A stretch of 64,000 bases of DNA from positions 64,001 to 128,000 of the IMG/VR virus record IMGVR_UViG_3300031772_000001, one strand, 5' to 3'. Every line of letters starts with the position of its first letter. The first letter of the stretch is position 1. The notes beneath the pieces are model-generated. The model was not told the DNA's origin. It saw only the letters and a program-made list of their open reading frames with translations, and searched no databases. Shown here in pieces: positions 55,095-64,000 of the stretch. This DNA is from a virus. Position numbers and translations under genes: made by a program.

Positions 55095-57113
55095 TTATGG
55101 TGACGATGGAACATACAACGTAATATACACGTCATTAAGAGTAAATAAATAATTTACTCCGTAAATATCCTTCGTATCATCAATAATCTCATTCCCCCAT
55201 GTTACACTATATAATTTTAAATTAAAAGAAATAACTCCGGGTGTGTTTCCTATTACAGTATATAGTAAGTATTTCTTTAATGAATCCCCCGGAACAAAAG
55301 TTGAAAACAAATCATACAATGCTTTCTTAATAGAATTAGTTACTTCAACCTTATCATACTTTTCATCTATTATCAAACTATCAATAACAACATTAACAGT
55401 ATCAGAAAAACCCTCCAACACCTTAGTTTGAACAACTGTCATCCCAACATCACCTTGACGAGAACCATTATCATAATTACCCTTATTAAGATAATCTTCC
55501 AATTCTAGTACAATAGCATTTTTACTTGGAGACATACTTGACGGTGGAAGATATTTTGTAGAAACAACGTCACTTCCAGAAGCAGCGTTACCGTTCACAT
55601 CTATGTAAACAGGACACCAAATATAAACCAACATCACATTACACATATAAGACGGGTAATACACATTAACAGTTAAATCCGGGGCAACTATGTCAACAAC
55701 AAATATTCCGGGGGATGTCTCCTTTACCGGAACTTGTAAAGCAGTAGACGAGTCGTTCTGAGGTCTTACTATAGCAGCTTTCCCTACAGCACCATAAGTA
55801 GGAGAAACATACTTCAGAGCCAACACAAGAAAATCATTCTTTGTAATAGCCCTCTCAGTTGTCTTAAACCATCCGGGGGCAAGATACCTGATATGGTCCA
55901 AACTCTCACGATCAACCCCTCCAAACCCTCCAGATGTACTCTTGTTATCTACTGTGAACTGATTATCAATAAGGTCAATAAACCCTGAAACATTCGCTGA
56001 TATAGCTCCCTTAATAACAGAATTACCAATCACACCACCACCTACACGATAGAACAAAACAACATCCAAACCAGCCGGAGGCAATGCCCCATGAGTAACA
56101 CCATCACCAAAGATGATTTTGATGTTCCCTTGGTCTGTAAACTGTACTGTGTAAACCTGCTCAGTTGGTGATGCCAAGACAAGAGTATTTTTTGACTTTT
56201 GTTCCCACCGTGTTCCATTGACAAAAACTACCCACGAATCCTCTATGACATTTCCAGTAGAAGAAACAAAAGAAGGAAACAACACTCCCGGCTGAGGAAT
56301 AAACACATCAGCCTTCGATGTCCCCTCAAGTAAAGCTAACCCATAAACACTCTCACCGGGAACAACAACCCACCAACCCGGATCAAGTGCATCCCCCGGA
56401 ATATGCCCAACATTTCCATCTTGCTGACTTGCATAAGTCAAATCATTATAGACACATTTCTTACCAGAATCAAAAGAATAAGCAACACCCCAAAACAAAG
56501 GATATTCCCCAACAAAAACAGTGTTTGGAAATTGAGAATCTTCATCTATCTTGTAAGAACTACCATCATACCTAACAGTAACCTTCTTGTAATCAGATAA
56601 ACCAACAGAAGGGAAATCAAGAAGGTTCTCGCCCCCGTCATTCTTAAAGTAAGCCAACTCAAAATTCAAATTATCTACGGAGATACTTGATGGAGGAACA
56701 AGAGACTTCGTAGATGTATCAAAGTATGCCCCACGAAGTATCAAAGTTTTTGGAACTGGAAGTGTAGGAATAGTCGGAGCACCACGAACAGGAACCCTTG
56801 CGGCAACAGGAGCAGTTGGAGTATACCCAAGAAGGTTAGTTATATGAAGCATCCCACGGTATCTCTCAACAGTATCAATAAAGCTATTATTAGCAACTTT
56901 ATCCATGTTGAAAGACATAACATCTGACAGGTAGCTTATCAAGTCTATAAAAGCAACACCAATATTAGACTCAAATAAGTCATTCCAATACGGTGAGTCA
57001 TGCGCCTGCACCCAAGCACTCAATGACTCCTTCATCAAAGCAAAATCTCGTGAAGAGTATCTTACTTCTGGTAACGGCTGAAATGTCTTTTGAACTAACG
57101 AAGAAATAGCCAT
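55095..57113 (-). CDS. baseplate wedge J / T4 gp6-like
   Basis: YSSRDF, IDLISY..D, FGDG..G, YRVGGG..GN, GGVDRES, RAIT..D. Confidence 0.85.
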   Translation of the reverse strand: MAISSLVQKTFQPLPEVRYSSRDFALMKESLSAWVQAHDSPYWNDLFESNIGVAFIDLISYLSDVMSFNMDKVANNSFIDTVERYRGMLHITNLLGYTPTAPVAARVPVRGAPTIPTLPVPKTLILRGAYFDTSTKSLVPPSSISVDNLNFELAYFKNDGGENLLDFPSVGLSDYKKVTVRYDGSSYKIDEDSQFPNTVFVGEYPLFWGVAYSFDSGKKCVYNDLTYASQQDGNVGHIPGDALDPGWWVVVPGESVYGLALLEGTSKADVFIPQPGVLFPSFVSSTGNVIEDSWVVFVNGTRWEQKSKNTLVLASPTEQVYTVQFTDQGNIKIIFGDGVTHGALPPAGLDVVLFYRVGGGVIGNSVIKGAISANVSGFIDLIDNQFTVDNKSTSGGFGGVDRESLDHIRYLAPGWFKTTERAITKNDFLVLALKYVSPTYGAVGKAAIVRPQNDSSTALQVPVKETSPGIFVVDIVAPDLTVNVYYPSYMCNVMLVYIWCPVYIDVNGNAASGSDVVSTKYLPPSSMSPSKNAIVLELEDYLNKGNYDNGSRQGDVGMTVVQTKVLEGFSDTVNVVIDSLIIDEKYDKVEVTNSIKKALYDLFSTFVPGDSLKKYLLYTVIGNTPGVISFNLKLYSVTWGNEIIDDTKDIYGVNYLFTLNDVYITLYVPSSP

Positions 57114-57116
57114 AGT

Positions 57117-57653
57117 TTATCCTACATTGTCAACTATTCGTAAAGAACCCAACACACCTTTTTGTGCCTGCAAATACATATCAACTGCCTGACCTGACTC
57201 TCGTATCTGATAGTTATGATGGATCAGGATATTTGCTTCGTTAGAGTAAACACTGATTCCCAGAAGGTTAATTCGAGGCTCCCACTGATTGATTGCATTT
57301 GTCATATACACCACAACTTCGGCTCTCAATACCGAGTCATTCGGCTCGAACAAAACATCCAAAAAATGAGAACCAAACAACGGATTCATCAGACGAGAAC
57401 CAACCCTCGTCGTATAGATCATCAAAATAGAAGCCTTAACAAGGTCATTAGTGTACTTAACCCCAAAACGCCCATCTTTTCTTTTTGAAAGAGGGACCGC
57501 TGCTCCACGCCACTTAGAACCATAAGCAGTCAGGTTAGTCGGTGGGAGGGCGTACCCTGTAATAGTCGGAGAAATAGCAGGAGTAGCTTGCCAAACTTGC
57601 GGGTCTACAAGCTGACTCTGATACAACTCTGATTGAAAAGGTACGTTTGCCAT
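57117..57653 (-). CDS. baseplate gp25/W-like protein
   Basis: TRVGSRLMNPLFGS..LFEP...WEPRI. Confidence 0.88.
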   Translation of the reverse strand: MANVPFQSELYQSQLVDPQVWQATPAISPTITGYALPPTNLTAYGSKWRGAAVPLSKRKDGRFGVKYTNDLVKASILMIYTTRVGSRLMNPLFGSHFLDVLFEPNDSVLRAEVVVYMTNAINQWEPRINLLGISVYSNEANILIHHNYQIRESGQAVDMYLQAQKGVLGSLRIVDNVG

Positions 57654-57668
57654 ACAACTAAGTTTATC

Positions 57669-58112
57669 TTACGCCATAAACGGATCTTCCCTTGCACCCT
57701 CTTGCTTTTTAACAGAAGTCAACATAGGAGGAGGTTTGTCATACACCCACGTCCACCCATAAATATCTGTTGCAGGAAGTGGAGGAGTCAGAGCACCACT
57801 ACCACCTGCAAGATGCTTATGCGCGTTAAATTCCATCAACAAGTTCTGGTATATTTTCACTTTTGGATCTTGAGCACCAGCATCTACCTGTCTCTTGTCA
57901 TCCTCTGACTGTCCAGTACGACCGTGCATGAAGAATTTTGAGAAGTCTGAATCCACATTCACATCCGGCGCGGCGTACACATCATGCTTCATCATTGCTG
58001 CTACAGTATCCATCTTAGCTTGAATATCAATCGAAATAGTAACAATAGCACTTGTTACTGCTAAAGACATCGCATCAATAGCGTTCACTACATCATCAAG
58101 AGTTGCTGGCAT
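57669..58112 (-). CDS. hypothetical structural protein
   Basis: in baseplate operon; FNAHKH motif. Confidence 0.55.
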   Translation of the reverse strand: MPATLDDVVNAIDAMSLAVTSAIVTISIDIQAKMDTVAAMMKHDVYAAPDVNVDSDFSKFFMHGRTGQSEDDKRQVDAGAQDPKVKIYQNLLMEFNAHKHLAGGSGALTPPLPATDIYGWTWVYDKPPPMLTSVKKQEGAREDPFMA

Positions 58113-58118
58113 AATCCC

Positions 58119-58436
58119 TCACCCTGAGAATGTTATCATAGAACCCTGTGTAATAACACCAGAACCACCAGAACCAACAACAGAATCCATCACTCTTGCA
58201 AAACCCGAACCGTTATCACCCTTAGTTATCACTGACCCACCCACAACATGACCAGTACCACAGATATTACAATTCAATTGAACCTGATCCCCCTGACGAA
58301 CAACATAATTTCCATCCAGTTTCTTAGTCTTATCTCCTGAAATCAACTGACCACCCGGAGGTTGAAAATACGGGTATGCATTGTGACTGCAATTGTATTG
58401 CACAAGATCATTATTTCGTGCCGCTGCTTGACCCAT
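58119..58436 (-). CDS. PAAR-domain spike tip protein
   Basis: AAARNND..C.H, VVRQGD, FARVMD, ITQGS. Confidence 0.75.
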   Translation of the reverse strand: MGQAAARNNDLVQYNCSHNAYPYFQPPGGQLISGDKTKKLDGNYVVRQGDQVQLNCNICGTGHVVGGSVITKGDNGSGFARVMDSVVGSGGSGVITQGSMITFSG

Positions 58437-58439
58437 TAC

Positions 58440-59156
58440 TCACCTATTCGACAAAGAAGACAAATTCTTTCGCATATCCGTACAACTATTCATCGTTGCC
58501 TGTTGAGAACTGGTCATTACTTGTACGTTTCCAGCAGGATCAAAATTCAGTAAACTTTTCAAAGAATTGTACAGAACTACATTCGGGTCACTCTGTCCGT
58601 CAGGATACTTACCTAACAAACATGACAAAGAATCATCCGTAGCTTTTATCAAAACTTGCACTCCAGACACACGAATAATCGCGTCAAACGCCTCCTTCAT
58701 CCTCGCTATAGACCCCAACGGTGACTTCGCCAGAGCCACAGAAACCATCTGAGAAGCCAATGCCTGTGCGTCCTTGGCCTTCGAGTTGGCAAGGTTCACA
58801 TAAGACGTTACCTGTGCTAAAACCGCTGCTGGAGGATTATATGGATCAAACGGACCATTGTTAAGAACATACGTCTGAACCCAATCAATAATAGCCTGAG
58901 CACTCGGCAAAAGACAGACTGCTATTGGACAATTCAAAATCAAATCAAGGTACTCTGTCGGAGTTAGCAGATGTACCGGAGGAATTGCAAAGTTACTAAG
59001 CAACGCATCCAAATCATACCCCGAAGAGAGCTTTGCCAATTTAGCTGTGATCTTGTTCATTTTATCTACAACAACCTGAAGTTTCTTGTTTACATTTGCT
59101 AAATTAGCAATACCATTATCAAACAAATCTTGACAAGTCGAAGTAGGTAATGCCAT
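58440..59156 (-). CDS. hypothetical helical protein
   Basis: 238 aa in baseplate operon. Confidence 0.6.
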   Translation of the reverse strand: MALPTSTCQDLFDNGIANLANVNKKLQVVVDKMNKITAKLAKLSSGYDLDALLSNFAIPPVHLLTPTEYLDLILNCPIAVCLLPSAQAIIDWVQTYVLNNGPFDPYNPPAAVLAQVTSYVNLANSKAKDAQALASQMVSVALAKSPLGSIARMKEAFDAIIRVSGVQVLIKATDDSLSCLLGKYPDGQSDPNVVLYNSLKSLLNFDPAGNVQVMTSSQQATMNSCTDMRKNLSSLSNR

Positions 59157-59166
59157 AGCTTACTGC

Positions 59167-59820
59167 TCAGTACATGTCGTTAGTAATCTGCATTGCCTTA
59201 TGCGCCAATGTACCGGGAGTCTCTTCTGTCATACCACCATCTGCCTTCAATTTCCAGTTACCACCAACACTAAAAGTACAGTCACCAGAAACATCAATAG
59301 TAAGATCACCTTTTACCTTAATATCCATGTCATCTTTCGTTGAGTCAATAAGAATAGAATTCCCGTTTTTGTCAGAAATTTCTACTGACTCTTTCCCACT
59401 CTTATCTACAAACTTGAGATAATGACCGCCCCTTGTTTTCAACATTCGAGTTTCAGGGTATCCATCCTGAGCTTCTTTTGGAATTTCCGTCTGACCATTC
59501 GGAGCACCAAACCACGTACCCACCCAAACAGGGTACATATAATCACCATTTATGAACGTAACCCAAACAGTATCTCCAACATTCGGAATAAAAACAAACC
59601 CGTAGTTATTTCCCCCACCATCCAATGCCATATACTCAGCCCACGGCAATTTGTCCTTGTCATCCTCATACTCAGAATCGTGAATAAAGGGGATATAGAC
59701 CTTGAGCTTACCTACTTTATCAGGGTCATTATTGTCCTTGCACCACGCACGATAAATACCACCCAGACGCTCCTGTGGGGTCATCCCGTCCTTTATCATC
59801 TGTGCAGCAGTAATACCCAT
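59167..59820 (-). CDS. baseplate spike (gp5/gpV/VgrG OB-fold)
   Basis: DPDKVGKLKV..P, PWA, FIPNVGDTVWVTF.NGD..YPVWVG. Confidence 0.9.
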   Translation of the reverse strand: MGITAAQMIKDGMTPQERLGGIYRAWCKDNNDPDKVGKLKVYIPFIHDSEYEDDKDKLPWAEYMALDGGGNNYGFVFIPNVGDTVWVTFINGDYMYPVWVGTWFGAPNGQTEIPKEAQDGYPETRMLKTRGGHYLKFVDKSGKESVEISDKNGNSILIDSTKDDMDIKVKGDLTIDVSGDCTFSVGGNWKLKADGGMTEETPGTLAHKAMQITNDMY

Positions 59821-61076
59821 TATTTCTCCGCAGTCTTAGTAACCAAATTTGATTCTCTAACCTCTCTTAGAATATTTCCAATCTTATTCTTTGTCTCTTT
59901 GTCATATTGTGAAGCTGATTTTGGAGTATTCATAGTGCTTCTTGATAACTCCAAACTGGATGTGAAGTTTCCCCCATCAATACTATCAGTAATACCAGTT
60001 ATCCAATATATCCCTGACAAAGGATGTATTCTATCTTGAGAAGTAATCACAATAAATTCAACATACCCCATAATCGGCAAGTGTGAATCACCCAAAAGCT
60101 CTGCTGTAGCTGTATAATTATTTAGATTATACACAGCAAATCTTGACTTTGCCTGATCATCTATATGCTCTTGTTTTGGATGTGCTGACTTAATTACCCT
60201 TGATGGAGAATTACCTTTTGCAGTCGGAGCATTTGATAGTTTTCCAGAAATAATCTGTATAGATGAATTTGAACTATCCACAATACTCTTGATTATTTTC
60301 TTTGTCTTTGGATCAACACTTTCTACATACACACTATGCGCCCCAAGAAACGCTTGCATATATGCTTCATCATTAGGAGCAAAAGAAATCACCTCACCAT
60401 TCATACCCCGATACACAATATAAGTCTTATAGACACTAATATCATTACTATTCTTTGAATTATATAGAGGAGTGTGAAAATGAAGTGCTCCTTTTTCATC
60501 GTAGAAAAAGGTATAACCACTCAAACCTTTAAGATTTACCGCTCTTGGTACAAGTTCATTCTGAATAAAATACACATCATTACAATTTCTCTTAACAATA
60601 GGACTATCAAACCCACCTCTTGTTTTTTCAATCATAGTCTCTTTTATGTTGTTATCATCTGCATACTGTTGAACAATATCAGAAATCCGAGTCCCTGCCT
60701 TATATGACAAGTTATTTCTGTTGTATGTAGAAACAACACTCTCATCATAGAAATCCAGTTTTAGTGTAACACCGTCAGAAGAAAACTCCGGTGTATACGC
60801 TGTAATCTTCCCCTTTCTCTTAGGAGAGGGAGCATCCGACCACCCATAAACAAACTCAACATCAGCCAATGTCTGATTCTTCAAAAGAACAAAAGACTCT
60901 AAATAAGTCCAATTTGGATCAAACAAGGTAATTGATCCAGTGTTCCCTTTACCATTAATCTTTCTATCGTAAGTAAAGCTCTGAAAATAGTTGTAAACAG
61001 GGATAGACGTTCCGTTAATTGATAACTCAAAATACGTCTGCCTTAATGTACCTGAAGGAAGATATGTCTCTACCAT
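59820..61076 (-). CDS. baseplate hub (gp27/gpD-like)
   Basis: position upstream of spike; LLGD..L, SGIYWITGITDSI..G.FTSSLEL. Confidence 0.75.
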   Translation of the reverse strand: MVETYLPSGTLRQTYFELSINGTSIPVYNYFQSFTYDRKINGKGNTGSITLFDPNWTYLESFVLLKNQTLADVEFVYGWSDAPSPKRKGKITAYTPEFSSDGVTLKLDFYDESVVSTYNRNNLSYKAGTRISDIVQQYADDNNIKETMIEKTRGGFDSPIVKRNCNDVYFIQNELVPRAVNLKGLSGYTFFYDEKGALHFHTPLYNSKNSNDISVYKTYIVYRGMNGEVISFAPNDEAYMQAFLGAHSVYVESVDPKTKKIIKSIVDSSNSSIQIISGKLSNAPTAKGNSPSRVIKSAHPKQEHIDDQAKSRFAVYNLNNYTATAELLGDSHLPIMGYVEFIVITSQDRIHPLSGIYWITGITDSIDGGNFTSSLELSRSTMNTPKSASQYDKETKNKIGNILREVRESNLVTKTAEK

Positions 61077-61078
61077 AT

Positions 61079-61396
61079 CTAACTCACAAGACTATTAAGA
61101 ACAAGTTTGACACTATCAAAAGCTGGAATCCTTATTCGCATACCGGGAATAAGTTCTTCAAAAATATCCTCAACCTTATTTGCATGAGCAATAACCCACC
61201 ACAAATTAGGGTCATTATAATACATAACAGCAATCAAATCCAATCTTCCTATTTGAGTTTCAATAACAGTATGAATAATATCGTTATCAGACTCAGGAAA
61301 CACTATAGGTTCCCAAATGTCAAAATACTCCGTACCATTTCGATTGATTAACGGGGTGTTCAACATCCGAGAAGTTGGCTTTAGGTCTATGGACAT
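61079..61396 (-). CDS. LysM/gpX-like baseplate protein
   Basis: RLDLIAVMYYNDPNLWWVIAHAN...PGMRIRIP. Confidence 0.85.
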   Translation of the reverse strand: MSIDLKPTSRMLNTPLINRNGTEYFDIWEPIVFPESDNDIIHTVIETQIGRLDLIAVMYYNDPNLWWVIAHANKVEDIFEELIPGMRIRIPAFDSVKLVLNSLVS

Positions 61397-62070
61397 CAGA
61401 ATCCCTGCCTTACTTCAGTTCTCCAAGTATCCTGTAACACGGCAGAATTAGCAATATTAGTATACTGTCCATCCTTACGAAGAAGATTGTCTGCACCAAA
61501 AGAAACATCATACCCAGATATAGGAATATCACTAACAACACCAAGAGTCAAACTACATTCGGCAGACATAGGTAACAAAGGGTAGTTAGCTCTCCCCGGA
61601 ACATCTGCAAGCTCGTTTACTTCCCAAGGTGCCCTATAAACAGGAGTAGCCTCTTTTACAATGCACATCTTTGCAATCAACTCTCCAAAAACAAAAAGAA
61701 CTTTTGGAGGCCTGTATGATATTCCACCATAATTAACAGGGTATTTCAGGGATCTTAGAAAGTTTACCTTGGCTATCACATCTTGAAACACATTTGTATA
61801 TGAAAAGAACTGAAGTGTGAAAGAAAACTCCTCGGCAGAAGTATTCTGGTATACCTGATACGGTGCCCAACGTCCAACAATCTCTATGTCATTATAGGTT
61901 GGTTCTGCCCCAGAATGGTTTATCTCCTCTGGTAAGTAGGTAAATCCAAGCCGAGTAAAGGCAAACAAGTCCCTCAACTTCTGAGGATAGTCTCTATCAA
62001 TCAGAAGATACGCCTTGTTCTCGTGGTCAGCGTAAGAATAATTACTACCACCTGTCACAGCACTTGACAT
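61396..62070 (-). CDS. tail tube initiator-like protein
   Basis: YLPEEI, IVGRWAP..Y, LRSLKYP...RPP.V..FG. Confidence 0.7.
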   Translation of the reverse strand: MSSAVTGGSNYSYADHENKAYLLIDRDYPQKLRDLFAFTRLGFTYLPEEINHSGAEPTYNDIEIVGRWAPYQVYQNTSAEEFSFTLQFFSYTNVFQDVIAKVNFLRSLKYPVNYGGISYRPPKVLFVFGELIAKMCIVKEATPVYRAPWEVNELADVPGRANYPLLPMSAECSLTLGVVSDIPISGYDVSFGADNLLRKDGQYTNIANSAVLQDTWRTEVRQGF

Positions 62071-62079
62071 ATCAAACTC

Positions 62080-63996
62080 CTACCAAATAGCCACACCCAA
62101 ATCAGACAAAGGAATACCACCAACTGAAGTAGCTCCGCCTTTTCTTGTTTTCTTTTGCTCCTCAAGCTGTTTCTTTTGTAAGGCTCTCGCAGCATCCATA
62201 CGTTTTTCCATACCAGACATATCAACATTTACAATTACATCCTTTCCATTATCTCCTCGTATAACAGCACCCATTCCCATATCAGCACGAACAGCTTGAA
62301 CATCTGCTTCTTTTTTACCAAAAAGCTGCTTAGTCCATAACTCTCCAATACCTTTCGCTTCATCCCCTATATTTCCAAAAAACTGCTTCCAAGAAATCTC
62401 ACCCTGAGCAAGAGAAACCAATGAACCTATAACAGACGCAAGTGCTCCAAATGCCTTTAAGACAGTCAAAATAGCTCCTACAATACCCTTAACTACATTA
62501 AGAACCCACTCTAAAACTTGAACTAATCCAGTAGATACTAAACTAGCAAGCCACGTCAACCCATCACCAAGCATCTTAAAAGCATCACCAGTTCCTTTTG
62601 ACCCAAAAGACTGTGATATAAAAGAAGTTATTGTATCAATTAACTGCATAAAGTCAAGACGTAGCTGTTCTAAGGCTATTCTAAAAGGAAGAGACTTCTT
62701 ATAGGCAGTATATAAAGAAGTAGCCAAAGTTATCACTAATCCTACAAGTCCACCAAGTTTCAAACCTCCAAGAAGTTTAGGAAATATCTTTACCAATCCA
62801 GACAAGAATTTTCCTATAAACGGAACTTTTGTTCCCAATCCAGTAAATAAACCCTCAACTGCTTTACTGGATTTAGCGAAAGACTTAACAAAAGCCATTT
62901 CTGACCTTTTCCCCGCCAAAGAAAAAGCATTAGGATCAATATATTTCTCTGCTAACTTCAAAGCAGACTTCTTTTCAATTGGCTTACTCATCCCCTTAAT
63001 AATATTCCCCATAACCCCCTTCATACCTTTTCCACCGGACTTACCAAAAAGAAATTTAGGAATCAACCCTAATTTCTCTCCCTTTTCTAAATCTTTTGCT
63101 CCTCCCAAAAACCCCTTAAAGAACTTACCCATACCGGACATCTTCATCAATCCAGTAAAGAAAAACAAAGACTCAAGCATGGGTAAAAGACCCTCAAGTG
63201 TACTTACAAGATTATTAAACAAAGGGAAAGTCTTTGTAAAATTCGTGGCTGCAATGTTAATCTGCTGCCATAATGTCTTAGATTCACGATTATCCTTGTT
63301 TATCTGTTCATATACACCATGAGCATCACTTAGATGATCTGACATTTGCGCAGTAACCTGTACAGCCTTATCTCCTCTTGCAGCAAGATCAATCAAAGCC
63401 TCTCCTTGAATACCAAAAACCTGAGAAAATGTATCCCTCAATTTAGAAGCTGCATAACTTGATCCTCGTGTTTGTGCAGCTAAATCAACTAACTGTTTCA
63501 TAATCGTTTCAGGATGTCCTTCTGTCAAAGCTGACTTAACAGATTCAGCAGAAAGACCTAACTTACTTAAATTTTGAATAGCTTCAGGAGATCCTAAAAT
63601 AGCTTCCTTTATTACATCATTCAAAACATCAGCGTCAACGCCAGCATTATACATACCAGCACCTAAAGAAGCCATAGACTTCACTGCTTTCTTTGTCTGC
63701 TCAGGCGACCATATTCCTGTCATATCCTTAGCAATATTAGCAGCTTTTTCAAGATACTCAGTTATATTACTAAGACCTATAGTAATTCCAGTAGTCTTTT
63801 CCATACTCTTAAATCCCTGAGACATATCAAGGACTAACTGGTTTACATCATCCGCAGATAACTGAGTATAAAACGACAAATCTTTAGCAAACTTAGAAAG
63901 ATTTTCCCCTTGAAAATCCTCAACAAGACCCAAAGATTTAGATAGCTTAATTGCGTCCTGCTCAGACAATTCTGATTCTTTTCTTAAATCAAACAT
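62080..63996 (-). CDS. tape measure protein (5' end likely outside window)
   Basis: long helical protein with hydrophobic Gly/Leu segments upstream of baseplate genes. Confidence 0.75.
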   Translation of the reverse strand: MFDLRKESELSEQDAIKLSKSLGLVEDFQGENLSKFAKDLSFYTQLSADDVNQLVLDMSQGFKSMEKTTGITIGLSNITEYLEKAANIAKDMTGIWSPEQTKKAVKSMASLGAGMYNAGVDADVLNDVIKEAILGSPEAIQNLSKLGLSAESVKSALTEGHPETIMKQLVDLAAQTRGSSYAASKLRDTFSQVFGIQGEALIDLAARGDKAVQVTAQMSDHLSDAHGVYEQINKDNRESKTLWQQINIAATNFTKTFPLFNNLVSTLEGLLPMLESLFFFTGLMKMSGMGKFFKGFLGGAKDLEKGEKLGLIPKFLFGKSGGKGMKGVMGNIIKGMSKPIEKKSALKLAEKYIDPNAFSLAGKRSEMAFVKSFAKSSKAVEGLFTGLGTKVPFIGKFLSGLVKIFPKLLGGLKLGGLVGLVITLATSLYTAYKKSLPFRIALEQLRLDFMQLIDTITSFISQSFGSKGTGDAFKMLGDGLTWLASLVSTGLVQVLEWVLNVVKGIVGAILTVLKAFGALASVIGSLVSLAQGEISWKQFFGNIGDEAKGIGELWTKQLFGKKEADVQAVRADMGMGAVIRGDNGKDVIVNVDMSGMEKRMDAARALQKKQLEEQKKTRKGGATSVGGIPLSDLGVAIW

Positions 63997-64000
63997 ACTC

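Noticed and set aside
455-61351. All plus-strand ORFs in the track (e.g. 14070..14576, 14332..14799, 31527..32060, 32451..33023, 59422..60039)
   Set aside because: Antisense shadows of well-supported minus-strand genes or repeats; no recognisable motifs.
1-64000. Stop-codon reassignment
   Set aside because: Conserved genes are full length in the standard code, and TAA, TAG and TGA all end genes.

Overview
A 64-kb internal segment of a large myovirus-type (contractile-tail) phage genome. Essentially all genes are on the minus strand and use the standard code. In transcription order it carries: (1) a tail/baseplate module (tape measure, tube initiator, LysM/X, hub, spike, PAAR, gp25, J, I, fibres; 47.6-64 kb); (2) a 5'-3' exonuclease, a HAD phosphatase and an RNA-gene block ending in a phage tmRNA; (3) a replication block (SNF2 helicase, loader-like protein, DnaB, primase Zn-finger, family A polymerase); (4) a plastic early region (24-35 kb) of small ORFs behind repeated sigma70-type promoter cassettes; (5) a repair/recombination/nucleotide block (ligase, sigma-like factor, RNase HI, UDG, tRNA-Met, RRM, HU, SSB, RuvC, RecA, split Rad50 + Mre11, Tmk, clamp-like protein, dCMP deaminase, NUDIX, TOPRIM primase). 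The most notable unexplained signal is a set of about eight intergenic 80-200 nt elements, each closed by a terminal stem and mostly followed by a U-tract. They include a 176-nt RNA with UUG-repeat loops directly behind a DIP1984-like coiled-coil gene, near SPFH and KTSC genes: a candidate phage small-RNA/RNP system. A second promoter class (T-tract-N11-CGTA) may belong to the phage sigma factor. All family calls are by motif recognition and all folds are by eye; no database searches or folding programs were run.
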